NCBI GenBank assembly: GCA_036918135.1
Contig: JBALDB010000001.1
Location: 96,001 to 160,000, forward strand
DNA length: 64,000 nucleotides
Source of the DNA: Nostoc sp.
GTDB taxonomy: Bacteria > Cyanobacteriota > Cyanobacteriia > Cyanobacteriales > Nostocaceae
Direction of reading: 5' to 3'
Position 1 is the first letter of the stretch; each line of letters starts with the position of its first letter. The notes beneath the pieces are model-generated. The model saw only the letters and a program-made list of their open reading frames with translations, was not told the origin of the DNA and ran no database searches. The position numbers were made by a program, and so were the translations under genes. Shown here piece by piece: positions 49,868 through 59,237 of this stretch.

Positions 49868-49991
49868 GGCGTGTCATCAATTAAAATTACGCTCCATCAG
49901 AGAAAGGCTTTGGGCGGTTTGAATCCCAAACCTTCATCAGGGCTGAAGTTCAGCCCTCAATAAGGTTCTGCGGCTATTTGATCATACGCCT
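49867..49991. mobile_element. MITE-like element with IS5-like termini, TA-flanked
   Basis: GGGCGTGTCATCAA ... TTGATCATACGCCT imperfect inverted repeat, TA on both sides, internal hairpin AGGGCTGAAGTTCAGCCCT. Confidence 0.6.
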
Positions 49992-50034
49992 TAGTACCCC
50001 TTATACAGTCGAAAAAACATTGCGAGTAGACGTT

Positions 50035-51135
50035 ATGACTACAGTCTCCGATAGCTTAAAGTTGATTACAACGGTTGACCAATTGAAGTACTATCTCATA
50101 CAGGCAATGAAGATAGAACATGCAACCATTCCTCCTTACATGACAGCACTTTACTCGATTAAACCCGGAACAAATTTAGAAGCTTTCCATATTATCCGGG
50201 CGGTTGCTGTAGAAGAAATGCTACACCTCACTCTCGTGGCTAATGTTTATAATGCGGTGGGAGGAACGTTTGATTCAGGAGTGCTCACGGCACATGATTT
50301 TATTCCTAAATATCCTAGCTATCTACCCACAGGATCTACAGACTTTAAAGTAGGTCTAAGCAAATTTTCCCCAGAGACTGTAGAGACCTTTCGTCAGATT
50401 GAACGGTCGCAACATGTTGAAGAAGATCGCCCATTAGTTGAGTCTCGAACCTTAGAAGAATATTTACTGGAAGTTATAGGCTGCGACCCGACCAAAGCTT
50501 TCTACAGCATTGGCTTATTTTATGCAGAGATCATTCGTGGTCTGAATGCACTCTATAAAGAGAAGGGTTCCGATCTATTTTGTGGCGACCCTAAGCGACA
50601 AATTACCCCCGAATACTACTATAACGGTGGTGGAGACATCATCCCAGTAACCGATCTGCGTTCAGCCATCCGAGCATTAAAAGTAATTCAAGATCAGGGT
50701 GAGGGGTCAAGAAGCGGAACGATCTATGATGCAGAGCGAGAACTAGCCCATGACTATCGTTTTCAGCAAATACTAAAAGGTCAATATTATACAATCGACA
50801 AGGACGATCCGACAAAATCCGACGAACCTGATAATCCTACAGGTGCACACTTTACCGTAGATTGGAACGCAGTTTATCCGATTAAGGATAATGCCAAACT
50901 GAGTGATTATCCCCAGGGATCGGAAGTGCAGGCAGCAGCCTCAGAGTTTCAGTCCGCTTATAGTAGGTTCTTAGCTGATATTCAATATGCTTTTGACGGA
51001 CATCCCGAGCATTTGATTCCCGCAGTTGGGGGAATGTTCCGCCTCAAAGAACAGGCTAATAATTTAATGCGTAACCCCATTCCAGGTAGCCCAGAAGTTC
51101 ATGCGGCTCCTGTTTTTCGGTTAGACCAGCCTTAG
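50035..51135 (+). CDS. Ferritin-like domain protein (VioB/RebD C-terminal-like)
   Basis: IEHATIPPYMTALYSI, VEEMLHL, QGEG and LAHDYRF. ATG 50035 chosen because the TTG at 49978 lies inside the MITE end. Confidence 0.82.
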   Translation: MTTVSDSLKLITTVDQLKYYLIQAMKIEHATIPPYMTALYSIKPGTNLEAFHIIRAVAVEEMLHLTLVANVYNAVGGTFDSGVLTAHDFIPKYPSYLPTGSTDFKVGLSKFSPETVETFRQIERSQHVEEDRPLVESRTLEEYLLEVIGCDPTKAFYSIGLFYAEIIRGLNALYKEKGSDLFCGDPKRQITPEYYYNGGGDIIPVTDLRSAIRALKVIQDQGEGSRSGTIYDAERELAHDYRFQQILKGQYYTIDKDDPTKSDEPDNPTGAHFTVDWNAVYPIKDNAKLSDYPQGSEVQAAASEFQSAYSRFLADIQYAFDGHPEHLIPAVGGMFRLKEQANNLMRNPIPGSPEVHAAPVFRLDQP

Positions 51136-51172
51136 CTAACTTTGATTTGCTTTTTGTGGAGGTAGATAATTG

Positions 51173-51646
51173 ATGGATATTAATGCAGCGGATTTAGAGT
51201 GTTTTCTCGAACTTTCAGTAGTCCTTACAGGTTTTTCCAAGTTTCACTTGCGGGGAACAGGTCTTGCGGAGCTTTATCTTGAAACCATTCAAGACGTGAT
51301 TGGTGGAGATTTGTTTGCAGAACTGTTAACAACTTTTCATAAGTTAGAGGTTGAAAAAACAGCAAACAACGACGAAGCGATCGCCCAAATTTTGGCGTCT
51401 GAAAAATTTGGCCCGATCGCTCGCAATATCATCAAGGTTTGGTATATGGCCACCTGGTATACACTGCCACAATCCTGGCGGGATGTTTATGGAACCAAAG
51501 AAAAAGATGGAACCTTTATTATCAGCCCCCACGCCTATCCAGAAGGACTTTTATGGACTGCAATTGGTGTTAACCCACCTGGCGCGAAAGGCCAGGGATA
51601 CGGGACTTGGAGCGAACCACCTTTAGTCAGCCTAACTAAAAGCTAA
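51173..51646 (+). CDS. Sugar/sorbitol dehydrogenase gamma (small) subunit-like protein
   Basis: FLELSVVLTG, ARNIIKVWY, YPEGLLW and PPG..GYGTW..PP pattern; in the GMC operon; GGAGG RBS. Confidence 0.72.
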   Translation: MDINAADLECFLELSVVLTGFSKFHLRGTGLAELYLETIQDVIGGDLFAELLTTFHKLEVEKTANNDEAIAQILASEKFGPIARNIIKVWYMATWYTLPQSWRDVYGTKEKDGTFIISPHAYPEGLLWTAIGVNPPGAKGQGYGTWSEPPLVSLTKS

Positions 51647-51760
51647 CATCGCTTCTGGGTAGGGGTTAACGATGTTTAGCTTCCCCTGACTCAACCTCTA
51701 AAAAAAGACCCATCTTTGAACCTGACAAAATTGCAAAATTCCTACTTTATAAGACCAAAC

Positions 51761-52429
51761 ATGAGTATTACATCTTGGTTTCGTAGATTGTCTACTATTG
51801 CCGTCTCGATTTTCCTTAGCTTAACGATTTTTACTTTGCCCGCTAAAGCTTTTGTGGCGACAGATTACCAAAAGTTATTTATAACAAACGCTTGTGTTAA
51901 TTGCGATCTATCAGAAGCCGATCTATCGAACAAAGATTTATATGGCAGCACACTTGGTGGGGCAAATCTATCCAAAGCAAATCTCTCTGGAACCCTACTC
52001 AATGATGCAAAGCTTCAAGGAGCTAATCTAACAGGAGCCAATCTATCGGGAGCTATCCTGATGGGAATTACTTTGTCAGATGCAAACCTAACGGGGGCTA
52101 ATCTTTCTCAGGCAGATTTGTATAATGCCCTCCTGAGTAAGACAAAATTGTTAAACGCAGATTTAACCGGTGCAGATCTAACAGAAGCCATTATCTCTGA
52201 TGCAAATTTGTCTAATGCTTTGGGTAAAAATGCAAAGCTAAAAGGAGCAATTCTTTCTCGAGCCAATTTATCGAGTGCAGATTTTTCCAGTAGCTACATG
52301 AGAAATACAAGGTTATCTAATGCCGTTCTTGAGGGAACAAAGTTCTATCAAGCCGATCTATCTAATTCGCTGATGCCTGACGGAACTACTTATAACGGAG
52401 ATGTCTCCAAATTTGGGGCTGCTCAGTGA
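51761..52429 (+). CDS. Exported pentapeptide-repeat protein
   Basis: Signal peptide (..LPAKA), CVNCDL and A(N/D)Lxx repeats. Confidence 0.9.
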   Translation: MSITSWFRRLSTIAVSIFLSLTIFTLPAKAFVATDYQKLFITNACVNCDLSEADLSNKDLYGSTLGGANLSKANLSGTLLNDAKLQGANLTGANLSGAILMGITLSDANLTGANLSQADLYNALLSKTKLLNADLTGADLTEAIISDANLSNALGKNAKLKGAILSRANLSSADFSSSYMRNTRLSNAVLEGTKFYQADLSNSLMPDGTTYNGDVSKFGAAQ

Positions 52430-52578
52430 AAGTTGAATCCCTATAGTTTCCTTGAATTGAACTAGCAATAATCAGCTTTGATTTTTTTAGCTAATTACTA
52501 CTGATTACAAACACAGTATTAACCTAGCAAAACTCAAATAAAGACATAGAAAATTACATAGATTGGCATAACCAAGCT

Positions 52579-53706
52579 ATGTTAAAACAACAAGGTAAAT
52601 ATAAGATGAATAACTCTACAGGTTGTCACCAATTCAAATCTATTGGTCGCTTATTGGTTGTGCTAGTAGCATTAGTATTTTTGGGGATGACATACTTGAC
52701 TTATCCCGCCACTGCTGCTACGAATAACGACAAAACTTCATCTGACAGAAGCTCAGCTTTAGTGTCTCTAGTTCCATCTTCAAAGACAACATCTATATTC
52801 AATCCAGCAAAAGTTTATTTGGGCATTACACCGACGGGTTGGAGCAATAGTGACGATACTACTATCGATCTCGATCCTCCCATCCGTTTTGAGCAGATTA
52901 TGAGTGAAATGGCACTATCTGGCTTTAAAGGTTCGCAAACCTCACCGAAGTTTCCGCAAGATATTGATGTTTTGAAAAGAGAGTTAAAACTTCGTAAATT
53001 GACTATTTCTGAACCTTGGGTGGGCACTGAATTTACTTTAGGAAAGAATGATAAAAGCTTGGCAGAATTCAACAAACAGTTGCAATTCATGAAGCAAATC
53101 GGCGGCAGCAAAAGTATTGTGGTAGCCGAATTGGGTGGTGCTGTTCATCAAAAGCCAGTTGCTCCTTTGCCTAATAGACCAAAGTTTACTGACAAGCAAT
53201 GGCAGGATCTGGCTGCTGGATTGAATAAACTTGGCTCAATAGCAAAAGAGCAAGGTATGCAAATCTCCTACCATCCCCATATTGGTACAGGAGTAGAAGA
53301 CTTGGCTGATATCGATCGCTTGATGTCAACTACCAATCCCAAATATGTCAATTTGTTACTCGATACTGGTCATTTGTACTATGCAGGAGTCGATCCTTTG
53401 GAAGTGACAAAGAAATATAGCGATCGCATCAAGCACGTTCACCTAAAAAACGTTCGCCAGCCTGTTTTAGATGAGTCTATTAAAAATGGTTGGGACTTTT
53501 TATATTCGATCAAACAAGGTATCTTTACTGTTCCTGGAGACACTAAAGAAGGCGCAATTGATTTTAAGCCGATTTTAAGTGAGCTTGCTAAAACCAATTA
53601 TGAAGGATGGCTTGTAGTAGAAGCAGAACAAGATCCTAACAAAACAAATCCTTTGAACAACGCGATTCTCGCTCGTAGTTACCTACATGATGTGACAGGT
53701 TTATAA
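52579..53706 (+). CDS. IolE-like (myo-inosose-2 dehydratase) TIM-barrel protein with N-terminal signal-like extension
   Basis: YHPHIGT, LLLDTGH, HVHLK, FTVPGD and GWLVVEAEQDP; hydrophobic leader ending PATA. Start may be 52606. Confidence 0.82.
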   Translation: MLKQQGKYKMNNSTGCHQFKSIGRLLVVLVALVFLGMTYLTYPATAATNNDKTSSDRSSALVSLVPSSKTTSIFNPAKVYLGITPTGWSNSDDTTIDLDPPIRFEQIMSEMALSGFKGSQTSPKFPQDIDVLKRELKLRKLTISEPWVGTEFTLGKNDKSLAEFNKQLQFMKQIGGSKSIVVAELGGAVHQKPVAPLPNRPKFTDKQWQDLAAGLNKLGSIAKEQGMQISYHPHIGTGVEDLADIDRLMSTTNPKYVNLLLDTGHLYYAGVDPLEVTKKYSDRIKHVHLKNVRQPVLDESIKNGWDFLYSIKQGIFTVPGDTKEGAIDFKPILSELAKTNYEGWLVVEAEQDPNKTNPLNNAILARSYLHDVTGL

Positions 53707-53831
53707 GCTATTTCAGCAAGTATCAGTAGGTCAAAAGTTGGAAATTTATATTTTTTAAATTTTAACTTGACCTACCTACTGATGATTTTTTCATGAATAA
53801 AAGCTAGAGAAACAATTAATAGAGTATAGCA

Positions 53832-54221
53832 ATGAGATTGAGCGATAAAGAAAAGATTAGAACTATTTTTGAAGAAGTATATGCCGCTAATGTTAAATCT
53901 GAAAATTTGTCTAGTTACAGCGAGATGTATACAGAAGATGCTCTTTGGATGGCGCCAGGAGTCGCTGACCGACTTGGGATTAGTGACATTGTTGAAGGAT
54001 TTAGTCAGCAGATTGCTAACAACAGCATCGATCCAATTTTTACTGCCGAAGAAATTGAAGTTATGGGTGATTTTGGTTACGTTATAGGAATGTCTATTGC
54101 CACAGTTTCCCCAAAAGATGGAAGTCCATCGAAACAGGTGAAATTTCGGGCATTATGGTTGATGAAAAAAGAGCATCATACCTGGAAAATTAGTCGTCAA
54201 ATTTGGAATAATAAACCTTGA
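53832..54221 (+). CDS. SnoaL/DUF4440-type NTF2-like protein
   Basis: YTEDALWMAPG...WKISRQIWN pattern. Confidence 0.8.
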   Translation: MRLSDKEKIRTIFEEVYAANVKSENLSSYSEMYTEDALWMAPGVADRLGISDIVEGFSQQIANNSIDPIFTAEEIEVMGDFGYVIGMSIATVSPKDGSPSKQVKFRALWLMKKEHHTWKISRQIWNNKP

Positions 54222-54368
54222 TAAAATTAAGGTTTACTTCAGTAGTTTACGAGCAACAAATACTGATTTTAGTTCAAGACTTATAAGTAAGAAAATGTAT
54301 TGAACTTATCAAATCAGTTTCAATTTCATAATTTTTGAATTTAACTAGCAATCTACCCCAATTTTAAT

Positions 54369-55376
54369 ATGAGCAACTCATCATCTTTGTCTGATATTTA
54401 CCTTAGCTTCTTCATGTTTACTACTGATTTGAAACCTGGTGATTTAGAATATCGGCAAACAGTTTTAAAACATATAAAAGAACTTCAAAATTTTGGTTAC
54501 AACGGCTTTGAATTTCCTATTGCGTTTAACGAAAATAAAAATTACAAAAAAGATGTTGAAGATTATACGAATTTACGAGCTACTCTGGACTCACAAGGGT
54601 TTAAAAATGTAAAAATTAGTACTAATGTTGGGGCTACGCGTACCTTCGATCTCAGTTCTCCCTACCCCGAACAAAGACAAGCAGCACTAGAGTATCTCAA
54701 GTCAAGGATTGACATCACAGCTGCACTCAGGGGTGAAATTATGATGGGGCCGATTGTTATTCCTTATGGTGTTTTTCCAACTACTGACTTCAATGTTCCA
54801 ATTTGGAGTGATGAGCTTCAGGAGCATTTAGCAATTCGCTATCGCAATGCTCAGATAATATTTAATCAGTTGGGTCAACATGCAGAGCAACGAAATGTTA
54901 AATTAGCAATTGAACCAATTACTCATTGGGAAACCCCAGGCCCTAACAAATTATCACAATTAATTGAGTTTTTGGATGGAGTTAATAGTAAACAAGTAGG
55001 AGTAGTGATTGATAGCGCTCACGAAACTCTTGATGGCGATGGCCCTGAGATATTCAGAGAACAAGTGACGTATCTTGCCAAACAAAAAAGACTTCATTAC
55101 GTACAAGTCTCTCCTCCCAATCGCGGGGCACTTCATACCAGTTGGCTTCCCTGGCAATCCTTTTTAGAACCAATTTTAGAGGTCTATGATGGCCCGATCG
55201 CTGTAGAAATTTTTAATGCCATTCCTGCTTTTCTTAACTCACTTCGTTTGACTCGACGTAAATTTTGGATTCCTGGAGAAGATACTCCAAATAAATATCC
55301 AAGTGCCTATGATATTGCCAATGAAGCTATCAAAGCTACTCGAACACAATTGGATAAAATCGGGTATTCATGTTAA
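54369..55376 (+). CDS. Sugar phosphate isomerase/epimerase (tagatose-3-epimerase-like TIM barrel)
   Basis: LAIEPITHWE, DSAH, NRG and AVEIF metal/catalytic pattern. Confidence 0.82.
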   Translation: MSNSSSLSDIYLSFFMFTTDLKPGDLEYRQTVLKHIKELQNFGYNGFEFPIAFNENKNYKKDVEDYTNLRATLDSQGFKNVKISTNVGATRTFDLSSPYPEQRQAALEYLKSRIDITAALRGEIMMGPIVIPYGVFPTTDFNVPIWSDELQEHLAIRYRNAQIIFNQLGQHAEQRNVKLAIEPITHWETPGPNKLSQLIEFLDGVNSKQVGVVIDSAHETLDGDGPEIFREQVTYLAKQKRLHYVQVSPPNRGALHTSWLPWQSFLEPILEVYDGPIAVEIFNAIPAFLNSLRLTRRKFWIPGEDTPNKYPSAYDIANEAIKATRTQLDKIGYSC

Positions 55377-55514
55377 GTATTTATCCAAAATATATTAGAT
55401 GAATTTGATTTTTTCCCTTTTTATTGCCATGAATAGGGAATATAAGGGATGAAAGAAAATATTTTTCATCTAATGTGTAATTCATTTCGTATAGGCACTT
55501 AATATTTCTCGATT

Positions 55515-57482
55515 ATGATGCTAGTTAACAAAAATCGGATGGTTTCAGTTTTTCTGGCTTTTCTCGTGGCTGTAGCTATTAGTATCTGTGGCTGGGAAGA
55601 GGCGATCGCCCAGCCAATAGTCGGTCTCAAAGAAGAAATGGGCGCGTGGGAAACCATTCCTTTGTCAGCTAAAGAAAATCTGATGCAATCTGTCCATACT
55701 TTACTCCTTCCCAATGGCAAAGTATTGAGCCTCAATGGTAGTAGTTTTCGCAACACTGTAGTTATTAACAAAGGAGAACCCAGTTTTATAGAAGGAGTTA
55801 ATGTCACAGATTATGATGTCATCAACAATACTGCCCTTTTAGATCCTGAAACTGGAAAATTCGAGCGTATTGCTTCGCCACCAGCTCAGCAATATGGAGA
55901 AATCAACGATTTATTTTGCTCCGGTCATTTACAACTAGTCGATGGTAATGTTCTTTTTATCGGTGGTACTGGACGATACTACCCTGGAGGAGCCTTTACA
56001 GGGTCTAGACAGGTCAACCTTTATGATTGGAAAACAGGTAAGTGGTCTAGTGTCGGACAACTCAAAGAAGGACGTTGGTATCCCAGTTTAATATCCCTAG
56101 CTGATGGGAAAATAGTCATTTTTTCTGGTCTAAAATATGAAGCTCCCAATCAAATTAATCCGAGTCTAGAAATTTACGATCCCAAAACCCAAAAACTCCA
56201 GTATATCGACTTGACAAACGTCAAGAACAGTCCCTTCAACACCAAACTCACAGATGTTAATGCTTACGATACTATAGACCTCTATCCTCGCGTTTTCCCA
56301 ACTGCTGATGGCAAACTTTTGATCACTGGAGATGACGCTGGAATTGGTGGGGTCTTGGTGACACAGTCGAGTAAAAAAAGCTATTTAATGTCTGTCCATG
56401 AAGACGCAGACGGTCAATTATCCGTCAGTTTTGAAGTAGCAGCCGACCGCGGAGAGCCATCTAAAGCTTATGGAACCGCCGTGCAAGTTCCTAATTCTGA
56501 AGATGTTTTATTACTCGGAGGTATCATCGGTACCAACGACATTAACTATGGCCGAGGAGGTAATACAGCAGGTTTTCCAAACTGGTCGAGGGTTTCTACT
56601 AGCCTCCAGCGTTGGACATCTCCCCGTAAGAGTGCAGAAAACAATGGCAAGTGGGAAATTGTCAACAACTTTCTTAATAAACCAAGAGCTAACCTGCAAG
56701 CAGTGATTTTGCCCAATCAAGAACTATTAGTAGTCAATGGCGGTGAGTATCCAGAATACAAGCCAGTCTATGAACCTTTGCTAATGACTCCTGATTCCAG
56801 AGCTTTTGGCGGATATATTACTAAACTGATGAATCCTGCTAAATTGCCCAGACTTTATCATAATGGAGCAATTTTGTTACCAGATGCTCGTGTTTTAATT
56901 ATTGGCGGAAATGCTAATCGAACGGCACGCGAAAAAGATGGCACACTTCACGTTAATATCCAGCGAGAACCCCTAAAATATTATTATAAATTTCCCGAAC
57001 TGACAGACAAATTAGGTCAGGAGAAAAAAGAATTCAGTCTTGAAGAATATTACCAATCTCCTCAAAGTTATTTTATTAAAGAATACCTTAATAAAGGAGA
57101 CAAAGAACCTTTCGTTCCTTCTGAAATTTGGCAGGCAGAGATTTTCAGTCCGCCCTATCTGTTTAAGCCAGGTACTCGTCCTGAAATAGTCACAGCTCCT
57201 GAAAGCCTCAACTATGGTAAATCTAGCAGCATCTCAGTCAAAGATGCCACAAAAACGGGTTCTGTGGTTCTTGTTAAGTTGGGTTCAGTTACTCATTCTT
57301 TGGATTATGGGCAACGATTAGCTGATTTACCCATTGAAAATATTGATTTCAAGAATGAGTCTGCAATCAAATTTAAAGCTCCAAAAAATGCCAATCTTTA
57401 CCCACCAGGCTACTACATGATGTTCTACCTCAATGAATTAGGTAAGCCTTCTCACGCCAAAATGGTAAAGCTGGAAGCTTAA
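55515..57482 (+). CDS. Secreted copper-radical oxidase (galactose oxidase/GlxA-like, AA5)
   Basis: Signal peptide; LFCSGH (Cys), RWYPS (Tyr), RLYHN (Tyr, His) and VTHS (His); C-terminal PPGYYMMF domain. Confidence 0.88.
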   Translation: MMLVNKNRMVSVFLAFLVAVAISICGWEEAIAQPIVGLKEEMGAWETIPLSAKENLMQSVHTLLLPNGKVLSLNGSSFRNTVVINKGEPSFIEGVNVTDYDVINNTALLDPETGKFERIASPPAQQYGEINDLFCSGHLQLVDGNVLFIGGTGRYYPGGAFTGSRQVNLYDWKTGKWSSVGQLKEGRWYPSLISLADGKIVIFSGLKYEAPNQINPSLEIYDPKTQKLQYIDLTNVKNSPFNTKLTDVNAYDTIDLYPRVFPTADGKLLITGDDAGIGGVLVTQSSKKSYLMSVHEDADGQLSVSFEVAADRGEPSKAYGTAVQVPNSEDVLLLGGIIGTNDINYGRGGNTAGFPNWSRVSTSLQRWTSPRKSAENNGKWEIVNNFLNKPRANLQAVILPNQELLVVNGGEYPEYKPVYEPLLMTPDSRAFGGYITKLMNPAKLPRLYHNGAILLPDARVLIIGGNANRTAREKDGTLHVNIQREPLKYYYKFPELTDKLGQEKKEFSLEEYYQSPQSYFIKEYLNKGDKEPFVPSEIWQAEIFSPPYLFKPGTRPEIVTAPESLNYGKSSSISVKDATKTGSVVLVKLGSVTHSLDYGQRLADLPIENIDFKNESAIKFKAPKNANLYPPGYYMMFYLNELGKPSHAKMVKLEA

Positions 57483-57551
57483 GAAGGCTCATCAAATATC
57501 AAAAAGAAGGTTTTTCCTATCAAAAAAATACATTTTGTAATTAGTTAAGCA

Positions 57552-58985
57552 ATGGCACTAACAGAAGAAGATTTAAAAACCATACCCGAAGATGGCATCG
57601 ATCCAGAAAATCCCGGTAAATACCAAACTTTGCTTAAAGATTTACAGGGAAATATTCTCAATGGGCATGGACGAGACCATGTCGTACATCTGTTTTTACA
57701 ATTTAAATCTGGTCAAGTAAATGCAGTCAAACGATGGATTCAAAACTTTGCCCAAAAATACGTTAAATCTGCTGAGCAGCAGTCAGATGAAGCACGCGAG
57801 TATCGAACTAAAAAGATATCAGGTAGTATATTTGCTAATTTGTATTTATCTTGTCAAGGTTATGAATATCTGCAAATAGATCCGTGGAAAATACCCGCAG
57901 ATCAACCATTTAGATTAGGTATGCAAAATGGTGATATCCAGAGCTTCTTAAACGATCCACCACCGACAGATTGGGAACCAGGATTTCAACAGAAACCAGA
58001 TGCCTTACTACTTATAGCAGATGATGACTTAACAGACTTACTCAAAGCAGTTAATGAGATTTGTTCAGAATTGTCTGGACTATCCAAAATACTTCATAGA
58101 GAAGATGGTTTTATTCTCAGAAATGCTCAAAAACAAATTGTAGAACATTTTGGTTATGTCGATGGTGTTAGTCAACCTCTATTTCTGAAACGAAATATTG
58201 CTAGCGCCCTAACTAGTAACTCTGACTTCAGCAAATGGGATCCTCGCGCTCCCCTAAGTCTGATTTTAGTTAAAGATCCCAACGGTAAGACTGAAGATAG
58301 CTACGGCAGTTATTTAGTTTGTCGCAAACTTGAACAAGATGTCCAAAAATTCCAGGAAGATGTGGGGAAATTGGCTGACAAGTTAGGAATTAGTAAAACT
58401 TTAGCCGGAGCTTTGGTTGTGGGACGGTTTGAAGATGGAACTCCCCTAACTCTCTCAAATATACCGAGTCAAGGTACGACATCAATTAATTACGAATACT
58501 TTAATAACTTTAATTACGATTTGGATACACAAGCAACAAGGTGTCCGTTCCATACTCACATCCGCAAAGTTAATCCCAGAGGCGATACAGGTAGAGTAGA
58601 GTCTTCCCCAGGTTTTGACGAAGCTTTAAAGGTGGAAAGAAAGCATCGTATTGCTCGTCGTTCTGTGAGTTTTGGAGAACAAGATTGCACTAAAAAGCCG
58701 ACAACAGGCTCAGGATTGCTGTTTCTTTGTTTTCAAGCAGATATTGAAAATCAATTCAATTTCATCCAAACTAGATGGGCAAATCCTAAGAACTTTGTTC
58801 AAGTCAACGCTGGCCCAGATCCGCTGATTGGTCAACCACAGGGAACTCAGAAATGGCCGAAAAAATGGGGTGGATCGGAAACTGAAGAATATCAGTTTCA
58901 ACTGCCAGTAAAAATGAAGGGTGGGGAATATTTTTTTGCACCTAGCCTGAGTTTTCTTAAAAATTTGGCAAGAACTAAATCGTAG
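57552..58985 (+). CDS. Dye-decolorizing (DyP-type) heme peroxidase, AnaPX-like
   Basis: LQGNIL, EHFGYVDGVSQP (GxxDG), CPFHTHIRKVNPR, IARR and GGEYFFAPS. Confidence 0.93.
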   Translation: MALTEEDLKTIPEDGIDPENPGKYQTLLKDLQGNILNGHGRDHVVHLFLQFKSGQVNAVKRWIQNFAQKYVKSAEQQSDEAREYRTKKISGSIFANLYLSCQGYEYLQIDPWKIPADQPFRLGMQNGDIQSFLNDPPPTDWEPGFQQKPDALLLIADDDLTDLLKAVNEICSELSGLSKILHREDGFILRNAQKQIVEHFGYVDGVSQPLFLKRNIASALTSNSDFSKWDPRAPLSLILVKDPNGKTEDSYGSYLVCRKLEQDVQKFQEDVGKLADKLGISKTLAGALVVGRFEDGTPLTLSNIPSQGTTSINYEYFNNFNYDLDTQATRCPFHTHIRKVNPRGDTGRVESSPGFDEALKVERKHRIARRSVSFGEQDCTKKPTTGSGLLFLCFQADIENQFNFIQTRWANPKNFVQVNAGPDPLIGQPQGTQKWPKKWGGSETEEYQFQLPVKMKGGEYFFAPSLSFLKNLARTKS

Positions 58986-59237
58986 GTTATTGAACAGTTT
59001 AGTTAAACTTATTTGACTGCTCGATCGCCCCCTATAGTAATCGTATTTGAGTTGATGAAATTACTAGTAGAGTAAGAATTCAGCCACTTTTGTAATAAGC
59101 AGCAGATTGGTTTTACCAATGATTTAGGTATTGCCAAAAATTCAAAATCTCTTACCAGCTATTTATACTTGGAGTTAACAATGGTATTAATGTAAAAATA
59201 AAAATCAAGAATCTTGATGACATGATTAGGTACATCT

